A DNA stretch of 64,000 nt from Gemmatimonadales bacterium (lineage in GTDB: Bacteria > Gemmatimonadota > Gemmatimonadetes > Gemmatimonadales > GWC2-71-9), in contig OZ252244.1 of assembly GCA_965249575.1 (NCBI GenBank), positions 1,344,001 through 1,408,000 of the forward strand. The letters are read 5' to 3'. The position numbers and the translations under genes are program-made. The notes under the pieces were generated by a model. That model saw only the letters and a program-made list of their open reading frames with translations. It was not told the origin of the DNA and did not search any database. Of the stretch, positions 20,838 to 30,274 are shown in pieces (the stretch's first letter is position 1; each line of letters starts with the position of its first letter).

Positions 20838-21203
20838 TTACGTCCTCAGAGCCTCGCCGACGGTTTCGAGTAGCTGCTGCGGCGAGAACGGTTTCGGAAG
20901 GACGCGAATCGCGGGAGAATGGTCGACAATCCCGATCAGATTGAGCGCTTTGGGGCTCCGACCCGACATCACAATGACCGGAACCTCGGCCGATTGCAGT
21001 CGGATCCGCTCGAGCAGCTCGATCCCATTCATTTTCGGCAAGAATGCGTCTAGCAGCATGAGATCGACCTGACCCGCCTCCAAGATCGACAGCGCGCCCT
21101 CAGCGTCGGCCGACTCGATGACTTCGTAGCCATTCGATTCGAGCGCGGCTCGCAGCACGTCGCGAATGTCTTGCTCGTCATCTACGACCAGGATCTTGGC
21201 CAC
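20838..21203 (-). CDS. Stand-alone response regulator receiver
   Basis: KILVVDDE, LLD..LPKMNG, MSG, KPF. Confidence 0.88.
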   Translation of the reverse strand: MAKILVVDDEQDIRDVLRAALESNGYEVIESADAEGALSILEAGQVDLMLLDAFLPKMNGIELLERIRLQSAEVPVIVMSGRSPKALNLIGIVDHSPAIRVLPKPFSPQQLLETVGEALRT

Positions 21204-21407
21204 CAACCATGGTAAGCAAAACCCGGCCAACCTCCTAGGGCCGCCCTGGGGCGTGTGCTGCGGCTCGGGGGAGCCTGTGGTTTCCGGATCCGGCACCCGG
21301 GGTTGCGGCTACCTCCGCGCCGACGAGGTGTGGACGTCCGGGGCGGCAGATTTTACTGTGCGACGGACCCTGGAGGAACCGATGACCGACCGCACGGTAC
21401 TCTAGCC

Positions 21408-22787
21408 ATGCACCATACGGTAAACCGGACGGCCTGGACACTCGCGGGCACGAGCGCCCTGCTGGCCGCCGCATGCGGCGGCGGCGGTCCCGAGATGCGA
21501 TTCATCGTGCAAACCCCTCGCGAAGCTTACGTCGAGCAGCTGCGCCAGGCGGGGCTGCACACCACCGCGCTGGGGCGTGATTGGATCGCGGTCGCAGAGC
21601 AGGTGCTCGCGGATCCCCGGGTGGTGGACGTCCCCCACCACGAGGTCCGATATCTGGATCCGGCCCGGGCCGTCGCGCTGGCCTACCGCGCGCCACTCGA
21701 GCGCGGCCAGGAACTCGCCGTCAACATCGACGTCGCCGCGGCTGAGCCCCGCGACCACCGGCTCTTTCTCGACTTGTTCTTTGCGGGAGACACCGCCGCA
21801 CCCCTCCAGCTGGTCTCGAGCGCCGATTCTGCCGGTTGGAACCTCGACTTCGTCGCGCTCCGCCCAGGCGACTACGTACTTCGAGTGCAGCCCGAGGCGC
21901 TCCGGGGAGGCCGCGTAACGGTCACCGTCAGCGCGCGAGGATCTCTCGGGTTTCCTGTCGTTGGTGGAGACCTTGGCATAATGCGAAGCGGGTTCGGCGC
22001 CTCCCGGGATGCCGGTCGACGGGAGCACCACGGCGTCGATCTGTTCGCCGCGCGGGGGACTCCGGTGGTCGCCGCCGCAGCCGGTCGGGTGACGCGGGTG
22101 GGTAGCCGGGGACGGGGCGGGAACGTCGTGTGGATGCGCGACCGGTACGGGCGCCACTTGTACTACGCCCACCTCGACCGGCAGGCCGTGGCACGGGGAG
22201 CGCACGTGCAGCCCGGTGACACCTTGGGATTCGTGGGAAACACCGGCAACGCCCGCACGACTCCGCCACACCTGCATTTCGGGATCTACATGCGGGGTGT
22301 CGGTCCGGTGGACCCTTACTATCACCTCTACCAACCGCCGCAATCGCCGCCGGCATTTGCGGGTGACCCCGGCCAGGTCGGCCGGTTGGCCCGGGTCGCA
22401 AGAGCCGAAGCACCCGTCCGCGAGACCCCTCACACTTCGTCGACCGTCGTCGCGCGGCTGGCGAAGCAAACACCGGTCGAGCTGCTGGCGGGCACCGGCC
22501 AGTGGTACTACGCCCGGCTCCCCAGCGGGGATCAAGGCTACATCGGCCACCGCCACGCCGAGCCACTCGATCCGATCGATGTCGCCGGCATCGCATACTC
22601 ATCAACCCTCCGCGCGGCGCCATCCCCCGCCGGGATCGAAGTCGATTCACTTCCCGGCGGCGCACCGGTCTCGGTTTTGGGTTGGCACGGTGAGTACGTC
22701 CTGGTCCGGAATGCGGGCGGGAGTCAAGGGTGGATTGGTGCGGCGGCGCTGGCCCCCGGGGGCGGCGGGGTGGCCGGCGCTCCCTGA
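21408..22787 (+). CDS. M23 metallopeptidase lipoprotein with C-terminal SH3-like domains
   Basis: Lipobox LAAAC; HHGVD, YYAHLD, GNTGNA, PHLHFG. Confidence 0.88.
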   Translation: MHHTVNRTAWTLAGTSALLAAACGGGGPEMRFIVQTPREAYVEQLRQAGLHTTALGRDWIAVAEQVLADPRVVDVPHHEVRYLDPARAVALAYRAPLERGQELAVNIDVAAAEPRDHRLFLDLFFAGDTAAPLQLVSSADSAGWNLDFVALRPGDYVLRVQPEALRGGRVTVTVSARGSLGFPVVGGDLGIMRSGFGASRDAGRREHHGVDLFAARGTPVVAAAAGRVTRVGSRGRGGNVVWMRDRYGRHLYYAHLDRQAVARGAHVQPGDTLGFVGNTGNARTTPPHLHFGIYMRGVGPVDPYYHLYQPPQSPPAFAGDPGQVGRLARVARAEAPVRETPHTSSTVVARLAKQTPVELLAGTGQWYYARLPSGDQGYIGHRHAEPLDPIDVAGIAYSSTLRAAPSPAGIEVDSLPGGAPVSVLGWHGEYVLVRNAGGSQGWIGAAALAPGGGGVAGAP

Positions 22788-22842
22788 GTACGTGCGAGTC
22801 CGGATCGCTCAGTCTAGGTCTCCCCCCGCAACACCAAGCCGC

Positions 22843-25812
22843 CTAGGGCACGCCCTCCGGCTCGCCAACCAGCCTCGCAAGGTCGGCCCGGACTTGATTC
22901 GCTTCCGAAAGCAACTCTGGCTCCGGGTCGAACCGCAACGCGAGATACCGCCGGTAGGCCTCGATCGCGCCGGCCGTATCCCCCGCCAAGGCGGCGAGTC
23001 GCCCCTCCTCGCGGTAGAAGGTGGACTCGAACCGGCTGCTCAATCCGAACTCTCTGCGGCGCACGGCGGCCAGAGCGCGCTCGAAGTCACCCGCCGCTCC
23101 GTACAGGCTCGCCGCAATTAGATTCATCCACCTGCGTGCGTACTCATGCTGGCTCGGGCCGGTGCGCAGCAGCGAGTCCAGACGTGCGAGCGCCGGCTGC
23201 CGATCGGCTGGCCCCGCGACCACGGCTTCCAGCGTGGCGACACATGTGCGACGGAACGCGTGCCAACCCAGGGGGGGCTCATCGTCAGGAAACGCGCGGA
23301 GCCACGCAAGCGCACGCGTGGCCCTCTGTCTATTCCCGTTGACTCCATTCCATATCCCGAGGTTACAGTGGTCGCCGATCTGTCTCCGGCGAATCTGAAC
23401 GTGCGGAGACACCGGCCCACCGACGAGCGGCTCGAGCCGCTGAGCCGACCGCACCGCCAGGGTCTCGTCGGCCCCCCAGAAGAGTGTTCGGGTGATGTGG
23501 TTCCAGTGATGGAAATGCAGTGTGTCGTTCAACTCGAACTCCGCCTCGCGTCTTGCGAATTCGAGTGCGGCTCGAGGACGACCCAGATTCAACATCATTG
23601 GCGTGAGAATGTTGATGGCAATCGAGGTTTCCTGCCTGGACCCAGAGCGCTCGAGTGCCGTCTTGACCGCGAGCTCGGCGTCGACCAATCCCAGACCCGC
23701 CTGTTGAGCCGTGATGCCGGTGCCCCGCAACTCGGCCAGTCGCAGTGAGTCTAGATCACCTCGCCAGACCTCGAGGGCGGCCGAATCGCCGAGCGCCGTT
23801 GCAGAGAGCCACTCCCGACTGAGGCGCATGGGGCCCAGCGTGGCGTGATATCGCGCACGCAGCTCGCGCAGTATTGCCGTGTCCCCGATGAATACAGCAT
23901 GATCGATCAGGTGAGCCATGATCGGTCCGAAGTCCGGATTCAGCTCGAGCGCTCTCTCAAACGCGCCCATCGCCCGATCGAGCGGTTCCGGCAGGCCGAC
24001 CAGGGTGCCGAAGTGATACATCCTGTCACCCAGGAGGAACCAGCTTTCCCATCGGTCCCGCATCACATCCACTGCGCGTTCAGCATCTGAGATCCACTGG
24101 GCGAGTGGGGTGGGATCCGGGTAGTTGGAGCCAACCCAGGCGTCTAGCAGCGTCCGGTCCCGAGGTCCGAGGCGATCGCGGTGCGCCCAGGCGAGCCGGC
24201 GCCCTTCAGCGGCGGAGCGGCCAGTTCCCCAGGTAGCGTCAATGGACTGCCAGAGGGCGGCCAGGGCAAACGTGCTGTCGTCTTGAAGCGCCCGGTCGAA
24301 GTGCTCGAGCGCTTCAACGTATCGACCGCGCCGGAACTCCGCTTGCCCCTCGAGGTAGGCCTTGAGCGCCGTGAGGGAAGTGCTCGTCAAGTCCGACAGA
24401 GTTCGTGCTTCAACGCCCGCACGAAGTGCCAGCAACTGTGCCGTTAGCCGGTCAATGAGGGCGGGGAGGCTGTCGGCCGGCCCTTCGACGTTCGCCCGAG
24501 CGGTGACGGATCCGTCAGTCACATCGAGCATTGTGGCGTTCAGCGTCATGTGACTCGCCGTTCCGACGATCCCGCCCTGAAGGAGGTGGGCCGATCCGAG
24601 GCCGGAGGCCAGCTCCAGAGCATCGTCTTCCGGCAAGTCCGAGCGTGGCGAACCCACGGCGCGCACCCATGCGCCGATGGCCGTCTGAGGAGCCAGGGCT
24701 CGCGGTCCCCCTTCACCGGTCAGCCTGGCGAACAGCAAGTCGACGATTCCCTCACGCAGGTACTGGAGCTCAGGATCCGCCGCCGCCGTTCGGAACGGAA
24801 GCACGGTCACAAGGTTCGCATCGAGCTCACGTGCGCCTCGATCCGGCGACCACCACAGCACCGACCCTGCAATGAGGAGCACGGCGGCACCGACGGCGAC
24901 CGCCACGCGATGTTTCCGCGTTCGAGTCGTTTCGAACCACTGAGCTCCGGTTGGGGTGAATCCGGCACCGGGCGTCGCCTGCGCCTCAAGCTGCGACAGA
25001 AGCTCCTCCGCCGTCTGCCATCGGTCAGCCGGCCGTTTCGCCAAGCACTTCATCACCACGGCTTCCAACTCCGCCGACACCCGGTCGCGGTGCTTGCTCA
25101 CTGGGTCTGCCTGGTCGGTGACGTGCGCGGCCAGCATCCCCTGCGGTGTCGTGGCTGTGAACGGAGTCCGGCCGGTTAGCAGCTCGTACGCCATCACGCC
25201 AACGGCGTAGATGTCCGCCCGATGGTCGATGTGGGGATCAGCCGTCGCCTGCTCGGGGGCCATGTAAGCTGGGGTCCCAAGCGTCATCCCTGCGGTGGTG
25301 AGTGCCTGCCGCCCGGTCGCTTCGCTCACCGCCTTGGCAACGCCGAAATCGGTCACCAGCGCATGCCGGTCGGACAGCATGACGTTGTCCGGCTTGATAT
25401 CGCGGTGCACGACGCCCTGGGAATGCGCCTTCGCCAGGGCATCCACCACCTCGCGGAGGATGCGTACTGCCTCCGCTATAGGAAGCTCTGCCTCCCGCGC
25501 CAGCTTGTCTCGTAAGGACTCGCCATCGACATACGGCATGACGTAGTAGAGGAAGCCATCGGCATCGCCGGAATCATGCAGCGGGAGGATGTGGGGGTGG
25601 GTGAGACGGGCCGCAATATCGATCTCTCGCAGGAAGCGATCGGGACCGAGCACCGCTGCCAGCTCCGGCCGCAGCACCTTCACGGCCACCTTCCGATGGT
25701 GCTTCACATCCTCGGCCAGATAGACCGTCGCCATGCCACCTGCACCGAGCTCGCGCTCGATGGCGTAGCGGTCAGCCAGGGCGGCTTTCAGGTGCTCCAA
25801 CATTCCGCTCAT
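22843..25812 (-). CDS. Hanks-type Ser/Thr kinase with TM, TolB-N-like and TPR regions
   Basis: GAGGMATV, VAVK, HRDIKPDN, DFG, GTPAYMAPE; TM segment then TPR-like helices. Confidence 0.93.
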   Translation of the reverse strand: MSGMLEHLKAALADRYAIERELGAGGMATVYLAEDVKHHRKVAVKVLRPELAAVLGPDRFLREIDIAARLTHPHILPLHDSGDADGFLYYVMPYVDGESLRDKLAREAELPIAEAVRILREVVDALAKAHSQGVVHRDIKPDNVMLSDRHALVTDFGVAKAVSEATGRQALTTAGMTLGTPAYMAPEQATADPHIDHRADIYAVGVMAYELLTGRTPFTATTPQGMLAAHVTDQADPVSKHRDRVSAELEAVVMKCLAKRPADRWQTAEELLSQLEAQATPGAGFTPTGAQWFETTRTRKHRVAVAVGAAVLLIAGSVLWWSPDRGARELDANLVTVLPFRTAAADPELQYLREGIVDLLFARLTGEGGPRALAPQTAIGAWVRAVGSPRSDLPEDDALELASGLGSAHLLQGGIVGTASHMTLNATMLDVTDGSVTARANVEGPADSLPALIDRLTAQLLALRAGVEARTLSDLTSTSLTALKAYLEGQAEFRRGRYVEALEHFDRALQDDSTFALAALWQSIDATWGTGRSAAEGRRLAWAHRDRLGPRDRTLLDAWVGSNYPDPTPLAQWISDAERAVDVMRDRWESWFLLGDRMYHFGTLVGLPEPLDRAMGAFERALELNPDFGPIMAHLIDHAVFIGDTAILRELRARYHATLGPMRLSREWLSATALGDSAALEVWRGDLDSLRLAELRGTGITAQQAGLGLVDAELAVKTALERSGSRQETSIAINILTPMMLNLGRPRAALEFARREAEFELNDTLHFHHWNHITRTLFWGADETLAVRSAQRLEPLVGGPVSPHVQIRRRQIGDHCNLGIWNGVNGNRQRATRALAWLRAFPDDEPPLGWHAFRRTCVATLEAVVAGPADRQPALARLDSLLRTGPSQHEYARRWMNLIAASLYGAAGDFERALAAVRRREFGLSSRFESTFYREEGRLAALAGDTAGAIEAYRRYLALRFDPEPELLSEANQVRADLARLVGEPEGVP

Positions 25813-26124
25813 GACGCTAACACACGACTCGCTTGTTTGATGGGCTGCGGCTGGAATGTACGGACTTGCTGACACGTCCCGCTAGCCGCCGACTCGCTCG
25901 AAGGAGCGGCTTGTGCAGCATCACAGGATGGAGACTCCTCGAGATGACACGCCAGTGTCGGCTCGGGAATCTAAGGAGGGACGACACCGCGGTCCGCTCG
26001 GGAGCCGTCCGGTCCCACGCCGGAGCGCGCCGCTACTCTGCGCCCATCATTGCCCACGAATCAACCTCCAGCGTATGTTCTCGGGAACGTAGAGAGCGAT
26101 GGCGAAACCGACGAAAACGCGGAC

Positions 26125-26348
26125 GGGCTGGCGACGCGCTCGCTGAATATCAAACAGCGCTCGACCGCAGTCCGAATCGCTTCAACAGTCTCTACGGTGC
26201 GGGACGCGCCGCCGAGCTCGCGGGGAGAGCGGATGCTGCAAGCCAGTATTACAAAGCGCTCTTGGACGTGACGGCAGGTGCCGAGAGCCAGAGGGATCGG
26301 TTGGAGCACGCAAGCGCCTACCTCGAGGGGGGTCGCAACTCGTCGTAG
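26125..26348 (+). pseudogene. C-terminal TPR remnant
   Basis: ALAEYQTALDRSPNRFNSLYGAGRAAELAG...YY; no credible 5' part. Confidence 0.6.
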
Positions 26349-26378
26349 AGACTGGGGCCGAGGATTGGCCAGCGGCCG

Positions 26379-26840
26379 TCAGCGCTCCGGGCGCCGACTG
26401 ACGATAATCTCGCACGCCCGAGTGAGCGCTGGCCTGTCCGCAGCGGCGACAGCCTCCTTCCACGGTTGGCTGGCAACCTCGTCTGGCTCCCCGGCCTGCT
26501 CGGCGACGCGCGGCCCATCGTCGAGGAAAATGGTGATGCGAACAGTCTTGAACGATACCGGCTCGCAACGGAGGAAGCTCTGGATGACCTCTCGTTTCCA
26601 GGGCTCGCCCTCGTGCTCACGAGGCGTCGCGTGAACGGTCTCTTACCACACCAGGTACGACCCATCGCGTTGCGGACGAATGGCGGCGGTGTCAAGGGAG
26701 ATTCGGAAGTCGTTGTCTTGGTAGAGCACCTCCCAAAGCCGATCCGATCCCGCCGCCGACCTGACGGGAGCAGCGCGGTCGCAAGCGGTGATCCCAGTCG
26801 CCAGCAGCATCGCGCTGAGGCGCCAGACGTTGAGTCGCAT
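26379..26840 (-). pseudogene. Hypothetical lipoprotein interrupted by in-frame TAA (26643-26645)
   Basis: Lipobox ITAC; frame continues SYLVW*ETVHATPREHEGEPWKREVIQSFLRC...ACEIIVSRRPER*. Confidence 0.55.
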
Positions 26841-26952
26841 GACCGTTGCGGACCCAGTCGCACGCATGGGCCGTCCTTGACGGGGTCGGTGCGGGACCGC
26901 AACCTGGGTCCAGGATCGGAAGAGCCAAGACCGCCTGAACAGGGGAGACACC

Positions 26953-27219
26953 GTGGCGACGATCAGAGTCTATACGACCCCCACGTGACCCTACTGCAAG
27001 CGGGCCAAGGAGTGGCTCAAGCAGCGGGGCTGCCAGTTCGATGAACTGGACATTACGAAAGACGTGACCGTTTTGCGAGAGTGGCGCGCCCTTACCGGCG
27101 GCGTCGGGGTTCCCGTCATAGCGCATGGTAACGATTTCATCATCGGGTTCAACCCCGAACGGCTGGAGCAATTCGTCGACTGCTGCGAGCACACGTCGAG
27201 CGTCGAACAGGAGGAGTAG
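26953..27219 (+). CDS. Glutaredoxin/NrdH-like selenoprotein (U-P-Y-C)
   Basis: GGAG RBS, GTG start; MATIRVYTTPT-TGA-PYCKRAKEWL...GVPVI...IIGFNPERL; TGA 26986-26988 falls at the first Cys of CPYC. Confidence 0.85.
26989..27029 (+). promoter_or_regulatory. Putative bacterial SECIS hairpin
   Basis: CCCTACTGC pairs with GCAGCGGGG (8 of 9); upper stem GGGCCA/TGGCTC with AGGAG loop; directly 3' of the TGA. Confidence 0.7.
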
Positions 27220-27243
27220 AGGCAGCCGAAGAGACGCCCTAGA

Positions 27244-27440
27244 TCACCTCACCGCCCTCGGCCAATCGTTGACTCGGCGGTCGGCAGCCGATTCGACCGC
27301 CGCGACCACGGCGTCGAGCTCGTCTCGACGGTAGAGCTGTCCCCGAAGCACGACGCTGTTGATCCGGCGCGTGTTGGCGATGTTTTCGCGTGGATCGGCG
27401 TCGAGTAAGACCAAATCGGCAATCGTGCCGGGCTCCAATA
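27244..27440 (-). pseudogene. C-terminal remnant of an amidohydrolase
   Basis: LEPGTIADLVLLDADPRENIANTRRINSVVLRG; rest of the gene absent. Confidence 0.75.
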
Positions 27441-27504
27441 GTGCCGAGAGTACTCCGTTCTGGGGCGTATGATTGGCCCCCAACTCAGCGACAAGGACCA
27501 TGTC

Positions 27505-28512
27505 ATGCGCCACGCTCGCATCCTTATGCAGACGGCCGTAGTCGGATTCGTGCTCCCGCTTCTGGCGTGCGCCGGTACGGACCACCAGGGCGCCGCTCCC
27601 GCTCCAGAGTATTTCCTGACGGCCGACCAGACTCACAATCGCTTCTCGGCGGCGATCCCGCCGGCGATTAGAGTGCCATCCGGTGCGGTCGTACAAGTCG
27701 AGACCCGAGAGGTAACCGACCATCAGCTCACACCGACATCGACGGCCGCCGACCTCGCGACCCTGAGCTTCGATCCGATTCACCCGCTCACCGGACCGGT
27801 GTACGTCGAGGAAGCCGAGCCCGGAGATGTGTTAGCGGTAACGATTCACAGCGCCGAGGTCATCGCCTTCGGCTTTGCGGCCATCATCCCGAATTTCGGC
27901 TTTCTGGCGGACGAGTTCCCGGAGCCCTACCTGAAGATCTTCCCGCACGAGCCGGGCGCGACCACCGCAAAGCTCACCGATGATATCGATGTTCCGCTGC
28001 GGCCGTTTGCCGGAGTGATGGGCGTCGCCCCGGACACCGACTCGATGCTCACCACCATTCCACCGCGCGCCAACGGTGGCAACCTGGACAACCGCCACCT
28101 CCAGCCCGGCACAACGGTCTACTTCCCGGTGTTGGTCGAGGGGGGGCTTTTTTCGATCGGAGACACGCACGCCGCTCAGGGCGACGGGGAGGTCTCGGGC
28201 ACCGGACTCGAAGCCGCGATGCGCATCGTCTACGAAATCAGTGTGATCAAGGGCGGCCGTCAAATACAGGAGCCGCAGTACGAAACCGCGGATTACTACG
28301 CGGTCGGAGCGCATGCGACCTCGCTCGAGGCGGCTGCGAAGCAGGCCGTGCGCTACATGATCGATTACCTCATGGCCGAACATGGGCTTTCGCGCCAAGA
28401 GGCGTACGTGTTGTGCTCCCTCGCGGGCGACCTCAGGATCGCGGAGGTCGTCGACATGCCCAACTACTGGGTCGCGATGCACATGCCGAAATCGGTGTTC
28501 AGCGGCGATTAG
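27505..28512 (+). CDS. Acetamidase/formamidase family protein with lipoprotein signal
   Basis: LLAC lipobox; HPLTGPVYV, GGNLD, SIGDTHAAQGDGEVSGTGLE. Confidence 0.9.
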   Translation: MRHARILMQTAVVGFVLPLLACAGTDHQGAAPAPEYFLTADQTHNRFSAAIPPAIRVPSGAVVQVETREVTDHQLTPTSTAADLATLSFDPIHPLTGPVYVEEAEPGDVLAVTIHSAEVIAFGFAAIIPNFGFLADEFPEPYLKIFPHEPGATTAKLTDDIDVPLRPFAGVMGVAPDTDSMLTTIPPRANGGNLDNRHLQPGTTVYFPVLVEGGLFSIGDTHAAQGDGEVSGTGLEAAMRIVYEISVIKGGRQIQEPQYETADYYAVGAHATSLEAAAKQAVRYMIDYLMAEHGLSRQEAYVLCSLAGDLRIAEVVDMPNYWVAMHMPKSVFSGD

Positions 28513-28661
28513 CGAGTGGGCGAGTGGGCAAGTGGCAAGTGGTGAGTGGCAAGTGGTGAGTGGCAAGTGGTGAGTGGCAAGTGGTGAGTGGTGAGTGGTG
28601 AGTGGTGAGTGGTGAGTGGTGAGTGGTGAGTGGTGAGTGGTGAGTGGTGAGTGGTGAGTGG
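28513..28661 (+). repeat. Heptamer tandem array (CAAGTGG/TGAGTGG)x19 preceded by CGAGTGGG x2
   Basis: Counted directly: CAAGTGG x2, (TGAGTGG-CAAGTGG) x3, TGAGTGG x11. Confidence 0.97.
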
Positions 28662-28726
28662 AAGTAAACGGGGCTACGCTAGCCTTCCAGGTGGCGCAAC
28701 CCGTAGCTAAGCTGGCAACCGGCTGA

Positions 28727-29170
28727 TCAGCGCCGTGAACGCAACCGAGACCCGATCAAGACGCCGATCACTCCGAGCACGGGGTTGAGCAAAGCGATCC
28801 ACACCGGCTCCTGAGCGTTTTGCATGGCCTCGAACATCCCCACCGCGCCGGCTCGCGCAGCAGCCGTTGCCTCGGGCGACCCGGTGAACGCTGGGATTGC
28901 GGAGACGATCCCGAGCAGCACTACGACAGTGATTAGTGCCTTCGTGGCCGTGGGATTCCTCCCGACCGCAGCGCAGATATACCCGCCGGCAATCCCGGCC
29001 AGAATTCCGATCGCGATGCTGAGACCCAACCAGGTCGCCGACATTTCCCAGCTAGCCGGACGAAACGCTCCATCGGCTCCCAACAGGAAATAGGCAACGG
29101 AGAACAGGGCGAACACTGACACGGCCATCACAGCGTAGCCAGCGACCACGCCTCCTACGATTCTTCCCAT
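28727..29170 (-). CDS. Hypothetical 4-TM membrane protein
   Basis: MGRIVGGVVAGY..., four hydrophobic segments; GGAG RBS. Confidence 0.7.
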   Translation of the reverse strand: MGRIVGGVVAGYAVMAVSVFALFSVAYFLLGADGAFRPASWEMSATWLGLSIAIGILAGIAGGYICAAVGRNPTATKALITVVVLLGIVSAIPAFTGSPEATAAARAGAVGMFEAMQNAQEPVWIALLNPVLGVIGVLIGSRLRSRR

Positions 29171-29235
29171 GGACCGAACTCCCCATACTTGACCAGTCCA
29201 AGTCGCCAACCTACACCGATGGCGTTCTGGCACAC

Positions 29236-30102
29236 CCACCGCGCACGGGCCTCAGCTTCGGCAACCGCCGCGGTCAGATCCAGGTTGTCGAGTAAGGGCA
29301 TTCCCATCGCCACGATGGCCAGCTGATGCAATGGAAACGGCACCCCTTCTACCATCGACGGAAGTCGATCGCTAACGCAATCACAACCAAGCACCGCCAC
29401 GTTGCGCTCTTTGAGCCACCGCGACGCGGATGGGTGGAGGCCGGGGATATTCCCGGCCGGCGCTTGCCCCAGCTCGGCCGCGCGCCGCCACCGTCCCGTT
29501 GATATCAACAAGGCGTCTCCGTCACCGATCGACAGTCCCGTCAGACGCTCCCATTCCTCCAAGTCCTCAACGGAGATCACCGCATCCGGCTCCAGGTAGC
29601 GCGCGTCCCGCAGTCGAGGAACATCTACGAGAACGGCGCGGGTCACGATTCCCCGCGCCATGGTCTCTACTCCCAACTCGTCCGTTCCCACCGCCGTGAC
29701 CGCCTCCGCCAAGAAGCCGTTGTACATCCGCCCATCCGCGAAGATGTGCGTCAGCGCGTCGAGATGCGTGAGCGCGAATCCATGGTAGTCGATGGTATAG
29801 GTATCGGTCGCGCCGGTCTCGCCCCGCCGAACCGAGTAGCCGATCGCGGTGGCACCCGGTCCGACGGTGTCCACGTCCACGTCCCGTGCAACTGAGATCG
29901 CGACACCTGATGTAACGAGCGCCGCAGCGGCGCGGCGCTTGGCGGGTGTAATCAGGTTGAGCGTTCCCAGCTGATCTTCGGCACCCCACCGGCCCCAATT
30001 GGACAGCTCGTCCATCCACGCATCAACCTGGGACTTCGGTATGGACACCTCCCCCGCGTTTTGTGCATTCACCGGGAACGAGCCGAGCACCAGCATCAAC
30101 AA
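29236..30102 (-). pseudogene. Cyclase (kynurenine formamidase-like) family protein with signal peptide, C-terminus truncated
   Basis: SNWGRWGAEDQLGTLN, HGFALTHLDAL.H, GIVTRAVLVD, GMPLLDNLDL; the expected final PL...GSP strand is missing. Confidence 0.75.
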
Positions 30103-30234
30103 CGCGATGAAAGGGCGATCATGTGTGATATACGGCGTCGGGCACGCCTATCGAGAGTAGGTGAATCCGTCGCGTACCGGCGGACATAGGCCGATCCCCA
30201 CTGACTGACCGACAGACGGGTGGGCGGGGCCTCT

Positions 30235-30259
30235 CCACTCCTCACTCAGCGGGGAGTGG
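30235..30259 (-). terminator. GC hairpin downstream of 30275 gene
   Basis: CCACTCCTC / GGGGAGTGG inverted repeat; no clear U-tract. Confidence 0.3.
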
Positions 30260-30274
30260 GGTGGCTGGGCCTCC

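Noticed and set aside
9659..26840. Genome-wide stop-codon reassignment
   Set aside because: Internal stops are of all three types (TAG 10337, TGA 13086, TAA 26643) and each codon also ends intact genes; only the Grx TGA has a motif position and hairpin supporting recoding
28513..28661. CRISPR array
   Set aside because: Contiguous 7-nt units with no unique spacers; no cas genes in the window
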